A stretch of DNA of 34,503 nucleotides from a virus (taxonomy: Duplodnaviria; Caudoviricetes). The position numbers and the translations under genes are program-made. This document shows positions 16,199-24,717 of the stretch, in pieces. The notes under the pieces are model-generated. The model searched no databases and was not told the DNA's origin. It saw only the letters and a list, made by a program, of their open reading frames with translations. Within the stretch, counting starts at the first letter, position 1; each line of letters starts with the position of its first letter. The DNA lies in IMG/VR virus record IMGVR_UViG_3300045941_000095, positions 1 through 34,503 of that record. The stretch is one strand, 5' to 3'.

Positions 16199-16480
16199 AT
16201 GACACGTCAAGGCAAGCTTGGAATCAATGACCTCGGCTGCTATGCCGATGGCGCAAACGGCAGTGACCACGCATCACGCAAACTAGCGGACCTTATCCAT
16301 GAATTCGACGGGTCGGAAGAATTGCGGAAGGCACTTCTTCAGGATGATGACGAATTCCAGCCCGAAGTGCAGGATGAGGCCATCGAATGGCTTAATGACA
16401 ACGTGTGCGACTATCCCGCACAGTTCATCTTTTCCGGTGGCGATCTCCTTCTTGTCAACATCGAAACTTGGGAGGAATAA
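16199..16480 (+). CDS. Acidic hypothetical protein
   Basis: AGGAGG before ATG 16199; D/E-rich. Confidence 0.7.
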   Translation: MTRQGKLGINDLGCYADGANGSDHASRKLADLIHEFDGSEELRKALLQDDDEFQPEVQDEAIEWLNDNVCDYPAQFIFSGGDLLLVNIETWEE

Positions 16481-16484
16481 CAAC

Positions 16485-16874
16485 GTGAAAACCGAAAAAC
16501 ATATCGCCCGCCGTACTTGGCCTGAGTCCGCATGGTCAACGGACTACCATTTCCCCGAATCCGCCGTAGCTGCCGGTGAACTGCGCGGAAAACTCAAAAC
16601 CTACGGACCATGGCAACTTCCCGTCTCCTACACTGCTTTGGCTGTCGAGTACACCGAGGTAGATGAAACCCACTTCTCGCCATACTATCCGACTGCGATT
16701 CTTCACGGACTCCGCACAATGTCGCGTCCAAGGGAATCGGGATATGTCCTTGAAGGCCAGGTTTCGATTGACGGGAAAAAACGACGCGCCTTTACCTCGT
16801 CTGCACTTTTCCTTGTCGGCGGAAAACTCGTCGATGTCGCAATCCTTTACGTCTGCTCAAATGGAGGCAAATAA
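16485..16874 (+). CDS. Hypothetical protein
   Basis: GGAGG before GTG 16485. Confidence 0.7.
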   Translation: MKTEKHIARRTWPESAWSTDYHFPESAVAAGELRGKLKTYGPWQLPVSYTALAVEYTEVDETHFSPYYPTAILHGLRTMSRPRESGYVLEGQVSIDGKKRRAFTSSALFLVGGKLVDVAILYVCSNGGK

Positions 16875-16875
16875 C

Positions 16876-17079
16876 GTGAAAACCCTAACAATTGACGACC
16901 TTAAGCAGATTTCCCTTGGTCGCGTCGATGAACTCCTGCGCCAAGGTCGGATCTCTCGCGAGATCGCAGCCGAATACATCCACCTATGGAACACGTCGGC
17001 CTTTCGCTTTACCGAAGCGTACCTCAGTCTCGATGGAACGCGGATCTATCAACGCAATTTAGGGGAATTATATACATGA
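16876..17079 (+). CDS. Hypothetical protein
   Basis: GGAGG before GTG 16876. Confidence 0.7.
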   Translation: MKTLTIDDLKQISLGRVDELLRQGRISREIAAEYIHLWNTSAFRFTEAYLSLDGTRIYQRNLGELYT

Positions 17080-17098
17080 CTCCCTGTGAAGGCCGACG

Positions 17099-17413
17099 AT
17101 GAAGGTTTCCGTTTCGCAGACGATTAACTGCGCCCATCAGTTGCCGAGAACAGAACTGCATGGGCATACGTATCGCGTGATAGTCATTGCCGAGTCTTTC
17201 TTGGGCGTTGACGGGCGAGCCATTCCGTTCGAGGACCTAAGACGTGAATTGGAGCGTATTGCATACAAAGTCGATCACCGCCAACTTGAAACAGTGATCG
17301 GAGAACCGGCCACTGCCGAGCGTTTGGCCTTATGGTTCCGCGACCAGTTCTCACGGCGACCCTTAACCGTTCGAGTTGAAGTCGGCGATGGCGGCTGGGT
17401 GGAGACGGAATGA
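17099..17413 (+). CDS. queD: QueD/PTPS-like T-fold protein (divergent)
   Basis: AH.LP, LHGHTY.V, VDH..L and ATAERLA.W motifs. Confidence 0.82.
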   Translation: MKVSVSQTINCAHQLPRTELHGHTYRVIVIAESFLGVDGRAIPFEDLRRELERIAYKVDHRQLETVIGEPATAERLALWFRDQFSRRPLTVRVEVGDGGWVETE

Positions 17414-17574
17414 AAGAGCCACCGATTTGCTCGCGATGTAAGTGGCGCGGTTGCCCTCCTGATAGGAAAACCTGCGATCACTGCCGCCGACAAATCGCGG
17501 AGTACAACGCTAAATTTCGGGAAGGTTTGCTGGAAGACAAGCGGCTAAATCGGAAACTCGGGATATGGAAATGA
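17410..17574 (+). CDS. Small zinc-finger protein, 54 aa
   Basis: Hand translation MKEPPICSRCKWRGCPPDRKTCDHCRRQ...; ATGA overlaps at both ends. Confidence 0.65.
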   Translation: MKEPPICSRCKWRGCPPDRKTCDHCRRQIAEYNAKFREGLLEDKRLNRKLGIWK

Positions 17575-18212
17575 AAATCAGAGTTCTCGTAGGCGAACGT
17601 CCTGCCCGATCTGTGAGAAGAATCTGCGACTTGCACGGTTGGGGTGAGATGTATGTCTACTCGAAGCCACGCGAGAACTTTCATCGTAGCGGCTTTGACA
17701 ATGGGGCATATCTGGATTGGGTGAACGGCAGACCATTTGACGAAAAGAGGTATCGAGATGCGCTCGACATTGCAATGGATCAGCCGTATCCGCCGTACAT
17801 GGCCGTTGTGCCTGATTTGGTCGGCCGTGGGCGCGAGTCATTGGAATTTTCAATGCGATGGCTGGACAAGTTGCCGACTGGTTGGCCCTGGTATTTGGCG
17901 CTTCAAGACGGGATGCAGGTATGGGAAGTTGAGGAAGTTATTCACCACTTCGACGGTCTATTTCTTGGAGGAACGGACGCCTTCAAACGTGACGCTCAGG
18001 ACTGGCGAAATGTGGCTGCAATTCACTGTAAGCGGTTCCATTTCGCCAGAGCTGGCACGGAGACGAAAATCAAACAGGCGATTAACATTCAGGCGGATTC
18101 ACTTGACTCCAGTTTTCCACTGTGGACGGTCGAGAGAATTCGCCGAATGGAGTATCTAGTCAATGACTGGCAAACCCATGAACCGAAACTCATTAGGGAG
18201 TTATGTATATAA
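17571..18212 (+). CDS. TGT/DpdA-like deazapurine transglycosylase family protein
   Basis: FDNGAY, VVPD.VG, ALQDG, LFLGG, FHF and ADSLDSS follow the TGT barrel motif order; next to the queD-like gene. Confidence 0.72.
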   Translation: MKIRVLVGERPARSVRRICDLHGWGEMYVYSKPRENFHRSGFDNGAYLDWVNGRPFDEKRYRDALDIAMDQPYPPYMAVVPDLVGRGRESLEFSMRWLDKLPTGWPWYLALQDGMQVWEVEEVIHHFDGLFLGGTDAFKRDAQDWRNVAAIHCKRFHFARAGTETKIKQAINIQADSLDSSFPLWTVERIRRMEYLVNDWQTHEPKLIRELCI

Positions 18213-18242
18213 ATCCCCAATTTAGACTAACCGGAGGCATCC

Positions 18243-18503
18243 ATGACAGACATAATGACCGCAGTTCATATCAAACTCGCTCACGCCGTAACGGAGTACG
18301 ACCGTAAGCAATTCGGCAAGCGTGGGTATAACCCCTACGCACTCGGGCAATACCTTCAGGCCGTGGCAAATGTCGACGAAGACTTAGCCGCCGGTATGGA
18401 TCTCCGCAAGGCTATCGTGAGCAATTTTAACGGTCGCCTACTTGACCGCTGTCTTAAGGCGGTCGGGCTCGAAACCAGCACGATTGAGGAACAGCGATTC
18501 TAA
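18243..18503 (+). CDS. Hypothetical protein
   Basis: GGAGG RBS. Confidence 0.7.
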   Translation: MTDIMTAVHIKLAHAVTEYDRKQFGKRGYNPYALGQYLQAVANVDEDLAAGMDLRKAIVSNFNGRLLDRCLKAVGLETSTIEEQRF

Positions 18504-18514
18504 CTAACGGAGGC

Positions 18515-18814
18515 ATGAACATGAAGGCTATCAGCACGAAGTATCACGGACCAACAAACACTCGCGGTTCACGTATCAGCGCGACAGACGGCGACACAAC
18601 AATTTTCGTTTCATACCACGATGACGCCAGGGAGCCGCACGACGTGGCTGCACTCGCGCTCTGCAAGAAGCTTGGCTGGAGCGGTACGCTCATCCGTGGC
18701 GGTACCAAGACAGGCAATGTCTATGTGTGGGCACAATTTGGCACGTACAACGTGCTGGAAGACAGCCTTGATGTTGTACACACGCCAAGGCTTGACGCGG
18801 TGCGCCATGCCTAA
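18515..18814 (+). CDS. Hypothetical phage protein
   Basis: AISTKYHGPTNTRGSRISA resembles a recurrent phage early-gene N-terminus; GGAGG RBS. Confidence 0.7.
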   Translation: MNMKAISTKYHGPTNTRGSRISATDGDTTIFVSYHDDAREPHDVAALALCKKLGWSGTLIRGGTKTGNVYVWAQFGTYNVLEDSLDVVHTPRLDAVRHA

Positions 18815-19004
18815 AAACCCCAACGCCGTGAACCTGGGCCGCATGGGAGGCAAAGCCAAAGCCTCCCGTATGACCGCAACCGAACGCTCTCAGGCGATGT
18901 CCGATGCCGTCTCCGCCTATTGGGCTGGCATGACGCCCGAAGAGCGTACCGCTGAATTGAAACGAAGAGCACAGGTCCGCAAGGACAGAAAGGAAGCAAA
19001 ATGA
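18807..19004 (+). CDS. Small basic protein (KNP.AV.LGR.GG family)
   Basis: MPKNPNAVNLGRMGGKAKASRMT..ER with a repeated MT.xER unit. Confidence 0.7.
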   Translation: MPKNPNAVNLGRMGGKAKASRMTATERSQAMSDAVSAYWAGMTPEERTAELKRRAQVRKDRKEAK

Positions 19005-19225
19005 CTTGCCGTAAATGCAAAGACATGATCGAACCGCAGGATAATTACGTCCGCTATGCCTCACGGCATACGGCACACTGGAATTGTTTCTTCGGTGAGG
19101 ATACGCCCACCGAAGCAGCTATGCGGCTTTCTCGGTTACCGGATCACATGCAAAAGAAGGTGCCGTGGAAGATCGCGGAACGCCTCGGGCTGGATCACAT
19201 CATTTCCGCCGCATACAGGCGCTAA
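19001..19225 (+). CDS. Small Zn-binding hypothetical protein
   Basis: CRKC...HWNC; ATGA overlap. Confidence 0.65.
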   Translation: MTCRKCKDMIEPQDNYVRYASRHTAHWNCFFGEDTPTEAAMRLSRLPDHMQKKVPWKIAERLGLDHIISAAYRR

Positions 19226-19230
19226 CCCCC

Positions 19231-19713
19231 TCAAACCCCCGACTCACCCTCGGGGGTTTTCCTTCTCTCGCTTCGCATACACTCCGCGCATTCATTCCGG
19301 TATCCCCACTTTCGCGCCACGTTCCTGTAAAAGTGAACCGCGTTCAATGGCTTATCCTTAAGGCAAACACAGCATCGCCTGGTCTCCGGCGCCGGTTGCC
19401 CCCATCGGCATGTTACGCACTTCTGCGCCTGCTTCGACATCGGCCGGCCGCACGCGCAAACATGCTGCTTACGCTGTCCGCCTTCGCCTACCTTCCAGCC
19501 CTTCGGCTTGCCCGTCTTCAGTTTATTCCAACACGATCGGCACCTGGTCGATTGCGAGGACTTGATACCGCCACACTCACATTTATTCTGTTGATGTTGG
19601 GACTTCACCTGAACATGCCGTGCGCCTCTGTGGAGGCTTAACAATTCCGCATCACAGAAGCCGAAACCGCAGGCGGGGCAAGTGGCTTCAATCCTCATAG
19701 AAGTTGCCTCCAA
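19231..19713 (-). CDS. Basic multi-CxxC zinc-finger protein
   Basis: CPAC, CEC..CRSC, CAC..CVTC and CCVC..CAEC. Confidence 0.6.
   Translation of the reverse strand: MEATSMRIEATCPACGFGFCDAELLSLHRGARHVQVKSQHQQNKCECGGIKSSQSTRCRSCWNKLKTGKPKGWKVGEGGQRKQHVCACGRPMSKQAQKCVTCRWGQPAPETRRCCVCLKDKPLNAVHFYRNVARKWGYRNECAECMRSERRKTPEGESGV
19233..19262 (+). terminator. Rho-independent terminator at the convergence of two operons
   Basis: AAACCCCCGA-ctcaccc-TCGGGGGTTTT. Confidence 0.7.
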
Positions 19714-19963
19714 TCCGGCCTGATCCTGTCTAGGATCGCTTCAAGCCGGCGTATTTCAGCCCGTAGTTCACGTATCAGTAGCCAGTCTAAAAGACTGAAG
19801 CGGTCGGAGTTCACTTTTGGCGCTCCATATACAGGAACTCAACGACAAACAGGAGAACCACAAACATAAAGACAGTGGCACCTATGGAGCCTTGCCAAAC
19901 GCCGAACGCGATAGCCCCGAGGACGCATAAAAATAGCAACATTTGAACCCGTCTCGTCACTAC

Positions 19964-20275
19964 TCATACCTCAGAGATCCTTAGATTCGGGTAAAGCACA
20001 TGGAAAAGCTTGTTCTTCAGCCGATACACGGGCGTTTTCATCCCCTTGGAATCCTCCACAATTGCCCGCCCCTGCATATCCAGGTAGCAGAAGTCCGCAA
20101 TATACGTGCAAACCTTCACGCCATTGACGACTAGCGGAAACTTCTGCTGTAAGGTCAGTTCCGTGATGTATCCACTACGCTCCAGGATGCGGAGTTCCTG
20201 GTAGCGGAATGCTTCGCGCTTTGAAGCAAAAACGTGCCCCTCGACCTCGGTACGTACCGCCCGATACTTACTCAA
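19964..20275 (-). CDS. DUF1064 family PD-(D/E)xK endonuclease
   Basis: SKYRA..TEVEG..FASKREA.RY..L, YIADF.Y and VEDSKG..T.VYRLK.KLF; GGAGG before TTG 20275. Confidence 0.88.
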   Translation of the reverse strand: MSKYRAVRTEVEGHVFASKREAFRYQELRILERSGYITELTLQQKFPLVVNGVKVCTYIADFCYLDMQGRAIVEDSKGMKTPVYRLKNKLFHVLYPNLRISEV

Positions 20276-20426
20276 TCCCCCTCCACCATACCCTTTCCGC
20301 GCTCGCGATCCGCCGTATACACTTCGGGCAAAACGGCCCCTTCGCACGCTCGCCACACTTCAGGCATAGCCCGACGCGAGTCTTAAGCCGCCGCTTCATG
20401 TCCGCCTGACGGTTACGAAGTTTCAC
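20268..20426 (-). CDS. Small zinc-finger protein
   Basis: Hand translation ...GLCLKCGERAKGPFCPKC...; fills the gap with overlaps. Confidence 0.55.
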   Translation of the reverse strand: MKLRNRQADMKRRLKTRVGLCLKCGERAKGPFCPKCIRRIASAERVWWRGIE

Positions 20427-20749
20427 TTCAGGGCCGCTTTCAGTTGCTCCGTGAGGATGTGACTATATAGATGAAACTGACACGCAGGGTCCTCAAGCCG
20501 CCGACTTGTGAAAGCCTCATGGCAACGGCATGACCCGATCTCCACGATAAGATGGCTCAACACATCCCGGAGCGCGGCGTTCTGCTGCTCTAGCCGCGCA
20601 ATCTCCTCGTCCTTCGTGTTGATGTGGGCGACGAGGGCGGCTTTGGCTTCTCTTGCGGGCTTCCGAGACGCATCGTCATAATGCCCGCACTCAAACTCGG
20701 CCTGTCCGTAACGGTCTAGCAGCGTTTCAAAAGTGGGTTGGTCGGTCAT
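20423..20749 (-). CDS. Hypothetical protein with coiled coil
   Basis: AGGAG RBS. Confidence 0.65.
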   Translation of the reverse strand: MTDQPTFETLLDRYGQAEFECGHYDDASRKPAREAKAALVAHINTKDEEIARLEQQNAALRDVLSHLIVEIGSCRCHEAFTSRRLEDPACQFHLYSHILTEQLKAALK

Positions 20750-20878
20750 GGCTTTACTCCTAATAATGGCCGTGTTTGTAGCAGCGATTTGTTTATCCGG
20801 TTTCTTCCGGTGGCCCCTTGGGGCGTCACGGCCAACGCCATCGCAGGACTGCTACAATTTACCGACTATTTGACATAA

Positions 20879-21247
20879 CTAAATCTTTTCAATCTCCGCC
20901 CATTTCGTGAACGCCAACCGAATTGCGATCTTGCGGTCAAGATGTTCGGCCTTCAATGAATCGTCCTTGCCACCATCCGGCCGAACGCGCCACAACTTCC
21001 CTGTCGAGCGATACATAGATGGCTCGGGCATAGCCTCCAACAACATCGCATTCGCCGCCTCGTCGGTGTCCCAACCGACGGCAATGTGTTGGACGCACGA
21101 ATCAGACTCTCCGGTCGCAGTTATACAGCGTTCAGGACAAAGCCAAGCACCACCAATAGAAAGAATCAATTCGATGCCGCCACTACACGTCTTAATCCAC
21201 GTCGGCTTCGGCTCAAACCAGTTGCTAATTTTCTCGTTCAGCGTCAT
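20879..21247 (-). CDS. Hypothetical protein (start MTLNEK)
   Basis: ATGA overlap with the upstream ORF. Confidence 0.6.
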   Translation of the reverse strand: MTLNEKISNWFEPKPTWIKTCSGGIELILSIGGAWLCPERCITATGESDSCVQHIAVGWDTDEAANAMLLEAMPEPSMYRSTGKLWRVRPDGGKDDSLKAEHLDRKIAIRLAFTKWAEIEKI

Positions 21248-21561
21248 CGCCGCGCCTTTCCGCGCTTCCTGGCCACCGGGCGAATCTCGACGCGGACGAT
21301 ATTCCAATACACCGGGTCGTATTGGTTACGGAGGTCCCTGAAGTTCTCGTCCAGTGCCACGCGGTAAACTTTCTTGCTCAATACCCATTGAATCGCCCAC
21401 GCCTTAACCGTCTTCACTTCTTCCCCCTCTTCTGCCCTTCCCTTCATGGCTCTCCCCTGTGCCAACTTACATGCCGTCGAACAAAACCGCTTCCCGTGCC
21501 CCGTCTCAAAGCGCACAATACAGCGATCCGCCGCGCAGTAGTCCCAACGCTTAAGCGCCAT
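21244..21561 (-). CDS. Hypothetical protein with Cys cluster (FCS..C)
   Basis: Overlaps the RNase H stop; GGAG RBS. Confidence 0.5.
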   Translation of the reverse strand: MALKRWDYCAADRCIVRFETGHGKRFCSTACKLAQGRAMKGRAEEGEEVKTVKAWAIQWVLSKKVYRVALDENFRDLRNQYDPVYWNIVRVEIRPVARKRGKARR

Positions 21562-22009
21562 ACTCCCTCACCATGCGATCCTGGTATTCCTTATCGACGC
21601 CGAATTTTTCGCCCTCGCAATTCATGCCGAGATTGGACAATTCATCAGCGACGGAGTTCAGTTCCCGAGGTATCCACGTATACCGATGATTGGATCTCCG
21701 GAAACGCCACGCATCACGAGCGTATTTTTCATAGAGCCCCCGTTTTATTTTCCATTGACCGGACATCTGGCGAATGACAAGCATGGAATCGCCGCGAAAC
21801 TCGACAGGTTCATCGAAGGACTTGGCCCAAATTAGAGCGGCTAATATTGCGGAATATTCGGCCACATTGTTGGACATTTCCGGCCCTTCGCCCACGTATC
21901 CGTATTCCTGACTAACAACCTTCCCATCCCGGTAGGCAATCCATCCCCATCCCGCTTTCCCTCCAGGGTTTACCGGACCACAGGCACCGTCGAAGTAGAT
22001 TTGAAGCAC
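21551..22009 (-). CDS. rnhA: Ribonuclease HI family protein
   Basis: YFDGA, SNNVAEY, GDS.LVI.Q and WIPRE.N..ADELS give the complete D-E-D-D catalytic set. Confidence 0.92.
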   Translation of the reverse strand: MLQIYFDGACGPVNPGGKAGWGWIAYRDGKVVSQEYGYVGEGPEMSNNVAEYSAILAALIWAKSFDEPVEFRGDSMLVIRQMSGQWKIKRGLYEKYARDAWRFRRSNHRYTWIPRELNSVADELSNLGMNCEGEKFGVDKEYQDRMVREYGA

Positions 22010-22014
22010 CCTCT

Positions 22015-22495
22015 AACCCCCTACTGTTTGGGTGGTGAAGTGGACACACGGAGACCTACCCTTCGGTCTCCAGAAAATACTGCCCGGTATGGAGCCAGAA
22101 TTGTTTCTGGGTCAGCTTCTCGAACGGTTACAACGTTTCCAAATAAACGCGGGTCAACAACTTTTAACGTCCTGCCCGTCGAAGGTTCGGCAAAAGGTCG
22201 AGCGCGACTAAAAACTCCGTGGCTCTCACTCGACGGGCTTGGCTGTTGATCCCCTCGGTGGCTGTTCCGGTTTGCTGGATTATCGCTGTCTCTTTCACCC
22301 TGACAACCTCTACCCACATAGACGCCGATTACTCGGTTGGTGAAACGTGTTTGGAAATTCAGCAGGAAGGATGCAGTCGCAGTCTTCCAGTCAGAATCCA
22401 CGCCCCAGCCCTGAGTTAGCGTGCGGCTGGCACCCGACTGGAAGGCTGTCCTCGACTCAGGCTTACGCGCAAAATCAAGTGAGCCAACCGCATTT
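22015..22495 (-). ncRNA. Candidate structured non-coding transcript or long leader
   Basis: Promoter at its 5' end; many long complementary segments; the overlapping ORF has no recognisable features. Confidence 0.4.
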
Positions 22496-22497
22496 CG

Positions 22498-22527
22498 TTT
22501 ATAGCACAAACTACCGCGTCGATTCAA
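22498..22527 (-). promoter_or_regulatory. Sigma70-type promoter with extended -10
   Basis: TTGAAT-18-TATAAA with TG at the extended position. Confidence 0.6.
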
Positions 22528-22531
22528 AGAA

Positions 22532-22966
22532 CTATTCACTGAAAAGCCCGCCTGCTTTCGCCTGCCGCGTTTCGGCCTTAATTGCCCTCCGCATGGCCTC
22601 GCGTTGCTCCGGACAGGTAAAGTAAGTTTCTCCTAAACAGGCGAGATCGCAGTTGCCTACGTGCTTCCAGAAATGCTGCGGGGCGCAAACACGGCAAATA
22701 TGCTCACCGGGCCCCAGTGCGTGCTCACCATTCCCAGTGCCAGAGGCCACGGGAATGTACTCCTCCCATCGCCCGAGGAAGGTCGAAGCGTACAGGTAGC
22801 CGCGCCAGGGATTCGCCCTACAGTCGGCAATATAGGCATCGTAGGCGAGCGTCAGTAGTTTGCCCTCGCCGCGCTTCTGGATCGCGTCGTAGCGGGTCCT
22901 AGCGCGGGCCTTGTCGCCACGCCGCATGGCTTGAGGAAGTTGAGCCCACCATTCCGCAAACGTCAT
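22532..22966 (-). CDS. Phage replication initiator C-terminal-like domain protein
   Basis: FAEWW...P......K..A...Y and YLYASTFL.RWEEY resemble the F..FW..YP.K..K..A / P.TWLN..RW.D pattern; Cys cluster at C-terminus. Confidence 0.6.
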   Translation of the reverse strand: MTFAEWWAQLPQAMRRGDKARARTRYDAIQKRGEGKLLTLAYDAYIADCRANPWRGYLYASTFLGRWEEYIPVASGTGNGEHALGPGEHICRVCAPQHFWKHVGNCDLACLGETYFTCPEQREAMRRAIKAETRQAKAGGLFSE

Positions 22967-22969
22967 AAC

Positions 22970-23356
22970 TCAGAACCCCTTCACCACCTCAACACGGTCG
23001 TGCTGCGCGGCCTTGGTGCGGCGCCGGATCTCGGCTAAGACGAGGGGGAGCGTGAAGTTGCGCCGTCGAAGTTCTTGGGCACTTTCCCCGCCATCAGCCA
23101 TGAATCCGACTCGCATTAAGCCGAGTTCCGCCGGACATACTTCATTGCCTGCGTACCCGTGCTGACGCTTCCAGTCCGAATAGAATCCGTAGTGCGGTTT
23201 GTCCGGTAAAAGGCCGACAATGCAATGGCAGCTATCGATAAACCCAAACGTGCCCGCCCTGCACTCGTCGATGACGCGGGTCAGGTAGGCGCTGTCCTGT
23301 GATGCGAACCATTTGCGGAGTTCGGCCTTGGCGTTGCGTAAAGTCTCGTTTCTCAT
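22970..23356 (-). CDS. Hypothetical protein (start MRNETL)
   Basis: AAGGAG RBS; ATGA overlap. Confidence 0.65.
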   Translation of the reverse strand: MRNETLRNAKAELRKWFASQDSAYLTRVIDECRAGTFGFIDSCHCIVGLLPDKPHYGFYSDWKRQHGYAGNEVCPAELGLMRVGFMADGGESAQELRRRNFTLPLVLAEIRRRTKAAQHDRVEVVKGF

Positions 23357-24075
23357 AAACTCCTTTCGTATTGTTCCCTGTAAACCGACGCAATGTGCCT
23401 GGCGAGCGGGAATGGAATCTTCGCGATTTCTGCGGATGCTTGCTTGCGGGCGGGTGAATGCGATGACGTGCTCGGGATCTTCCAACCCAGGGCGTTCGGA
23501 TGCCTCCGCTCAGACCCTACGGACCCCTTAATTCCAACTAACTCCACCGAAGCCGTCTGAAAACTGCCTCCCGAACCGTCGAACCGGAAGCCGGGGACCT
23601 TTAAGCCTTTAAACGTCGTCGGCATCAATGCTGGCACGTCCCCCCACAAATAGAATGATCCGTAATTCCACTTCGCTGGCCCGACCCACGGTTGAGCCCC
23701 GCGCACATTCTCGAGAACCAACGGAATGTGATGCCCCGCCGCCTCCGAGGCTTCGCGCTGAATCCGGAAGCACGCTTTGAAGAGTTCGAGCTCCTTGGCA
23801 ATCCGCAAGGGACACAGCCGCGTAACGGCGCCCAACAGCTTCGCCCTGGTCCACGGCATCGCGATGTAGCTGAAGAACTGGCACGGCGGACTCGCCACAA
23901 TCAGCGCCGCGTCTTTGAACTGCGAGCCGTGCAGCGTTAAAACATCCTGGAGCACTAACTGCGCCGGATACGGACGCCGCTCAATATCGAAGCCAACCAC
24001 GTCATAACCCTCTGCAAGTAATCCTTCAGTCCAGCCGCCAAGGCCACAGAAGAGATCAATGGCGAGCGGCCTCAC
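23353..24075 (-). CDS. DNA cytosine-C5 methyltransferase-like protein
   Basis: Motif I DLFCGLGG, motif IV SPPCQ, motif VI LENV; later motifs divergent. Confidence 0.85.
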   Translation of the reverse strand: MRPLAIDLFCGLGGWTEGLLAEGYDVVGFDIERRPYPAQLVLQDVLTLHGSQFKDAALIVASPPCQFFSYIAMPWTRAKLLGAVTRLCPLRIAKELELFKACFRIQREASEAAGHHIPLVLENVRGAQPWVGPAKWNYGSFYLWGDVPALMPTTFKGLKVPGFRFDGSGGSFQTASVELVGIKGSVGSERRHPNALGWKIPSTSSHSPARKQASAEIAKIPFPLARHIASVYREQYERSL

Positions 24076-24148
24076 AGTAACTCCCGGAACCCCCAAGCAA
24101 TGCCGTACAGCGCAAGTAAGCCGTTGACGAGGCGCAGAATGCGCGAGG

Positions 24149-24397
24149 TCATGCCGACCTCTTTCGCTTTTTCCGGCATTGGTCACACAGAAACGGATGA
24201 ACCCACCCTGACCGCGAATAGAGCGCGATACTGTCGCTTCCATCGCTGCGATTCCGCCCGGAGACGACTCGCCGCAGGCTTTTCGTTAGGGCTTCAGAAC
24301 ATTCATCGCAGCCATAGACATCCCCGCAGACTTCGCACGCGTGCCAGCGATCCGCCGCCCGACGCTGCTGGTTTCGCCAGTGGTTTGTTCGCTTCAT
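24149..24397 (-). CDS. Small zinc-finger protein
   Basis: CEVC, CDEC and CDQC; ATGA overlap. Confidence 0.6.
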   Translation of the reverse strand: MKRTNHWRNQQRRAADRWHACEVCGDVYGCDECSEALTKSLRRVVSGRNRSDGSDSIALYSRSGWVHPFLCDQCRKKRKRSA

Positions 24398-24717
24398 GAC
24401 ACGCCCTCGACATTGCAGCAATTTAAGGTGGAGTCCTTCAGTGAAAGCCCTATGTTCTGCTCGATTTCATAATCCAAGTGGCCCCGGAGTCGCACGCGCT
24501 TCCCGGTCGGCCTCCAGCCCATCACTTTCAAGTCGGTCGAGGTGTAAACCGTGTAACAGCGGGTAGTCCACGAACAGTGCTTGATCGTGAAACAGAAATA
24601 GCTTCGCTGTGGTCCATGATTGGCACTACGGACAATCCGGAGTAAACCGCTAGGAGTTCTCACCACGTCGCCAACTTTCAGCGCCTTAATCCATGGCAGG
24701 CGGGGATCGGGAATCAC
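24394..24717 (-). CDS. Hypothetical protein
   Basis: LKVGDVV N-terminal motif; overlaps neighbours. Confidence 0.6.
   Translation of the reverse strand: MIPDPRLPWIKALKVGDVVRTPSGLLRIVRSANHGPQRSYFCFTIKHCSWTTRCYTVYTSTDLKVMGWRPTGKRVRLRGHLDYEIEQNIGLSLKDSTLNCCNVEGVS

Noticed and set aside
22021-22539. 172-aa ORF as a real protein
   Set aside because: No recognisable motif, a promoter lies inside its 5' end, and the region is dense in RNA pairings; not fully excluded
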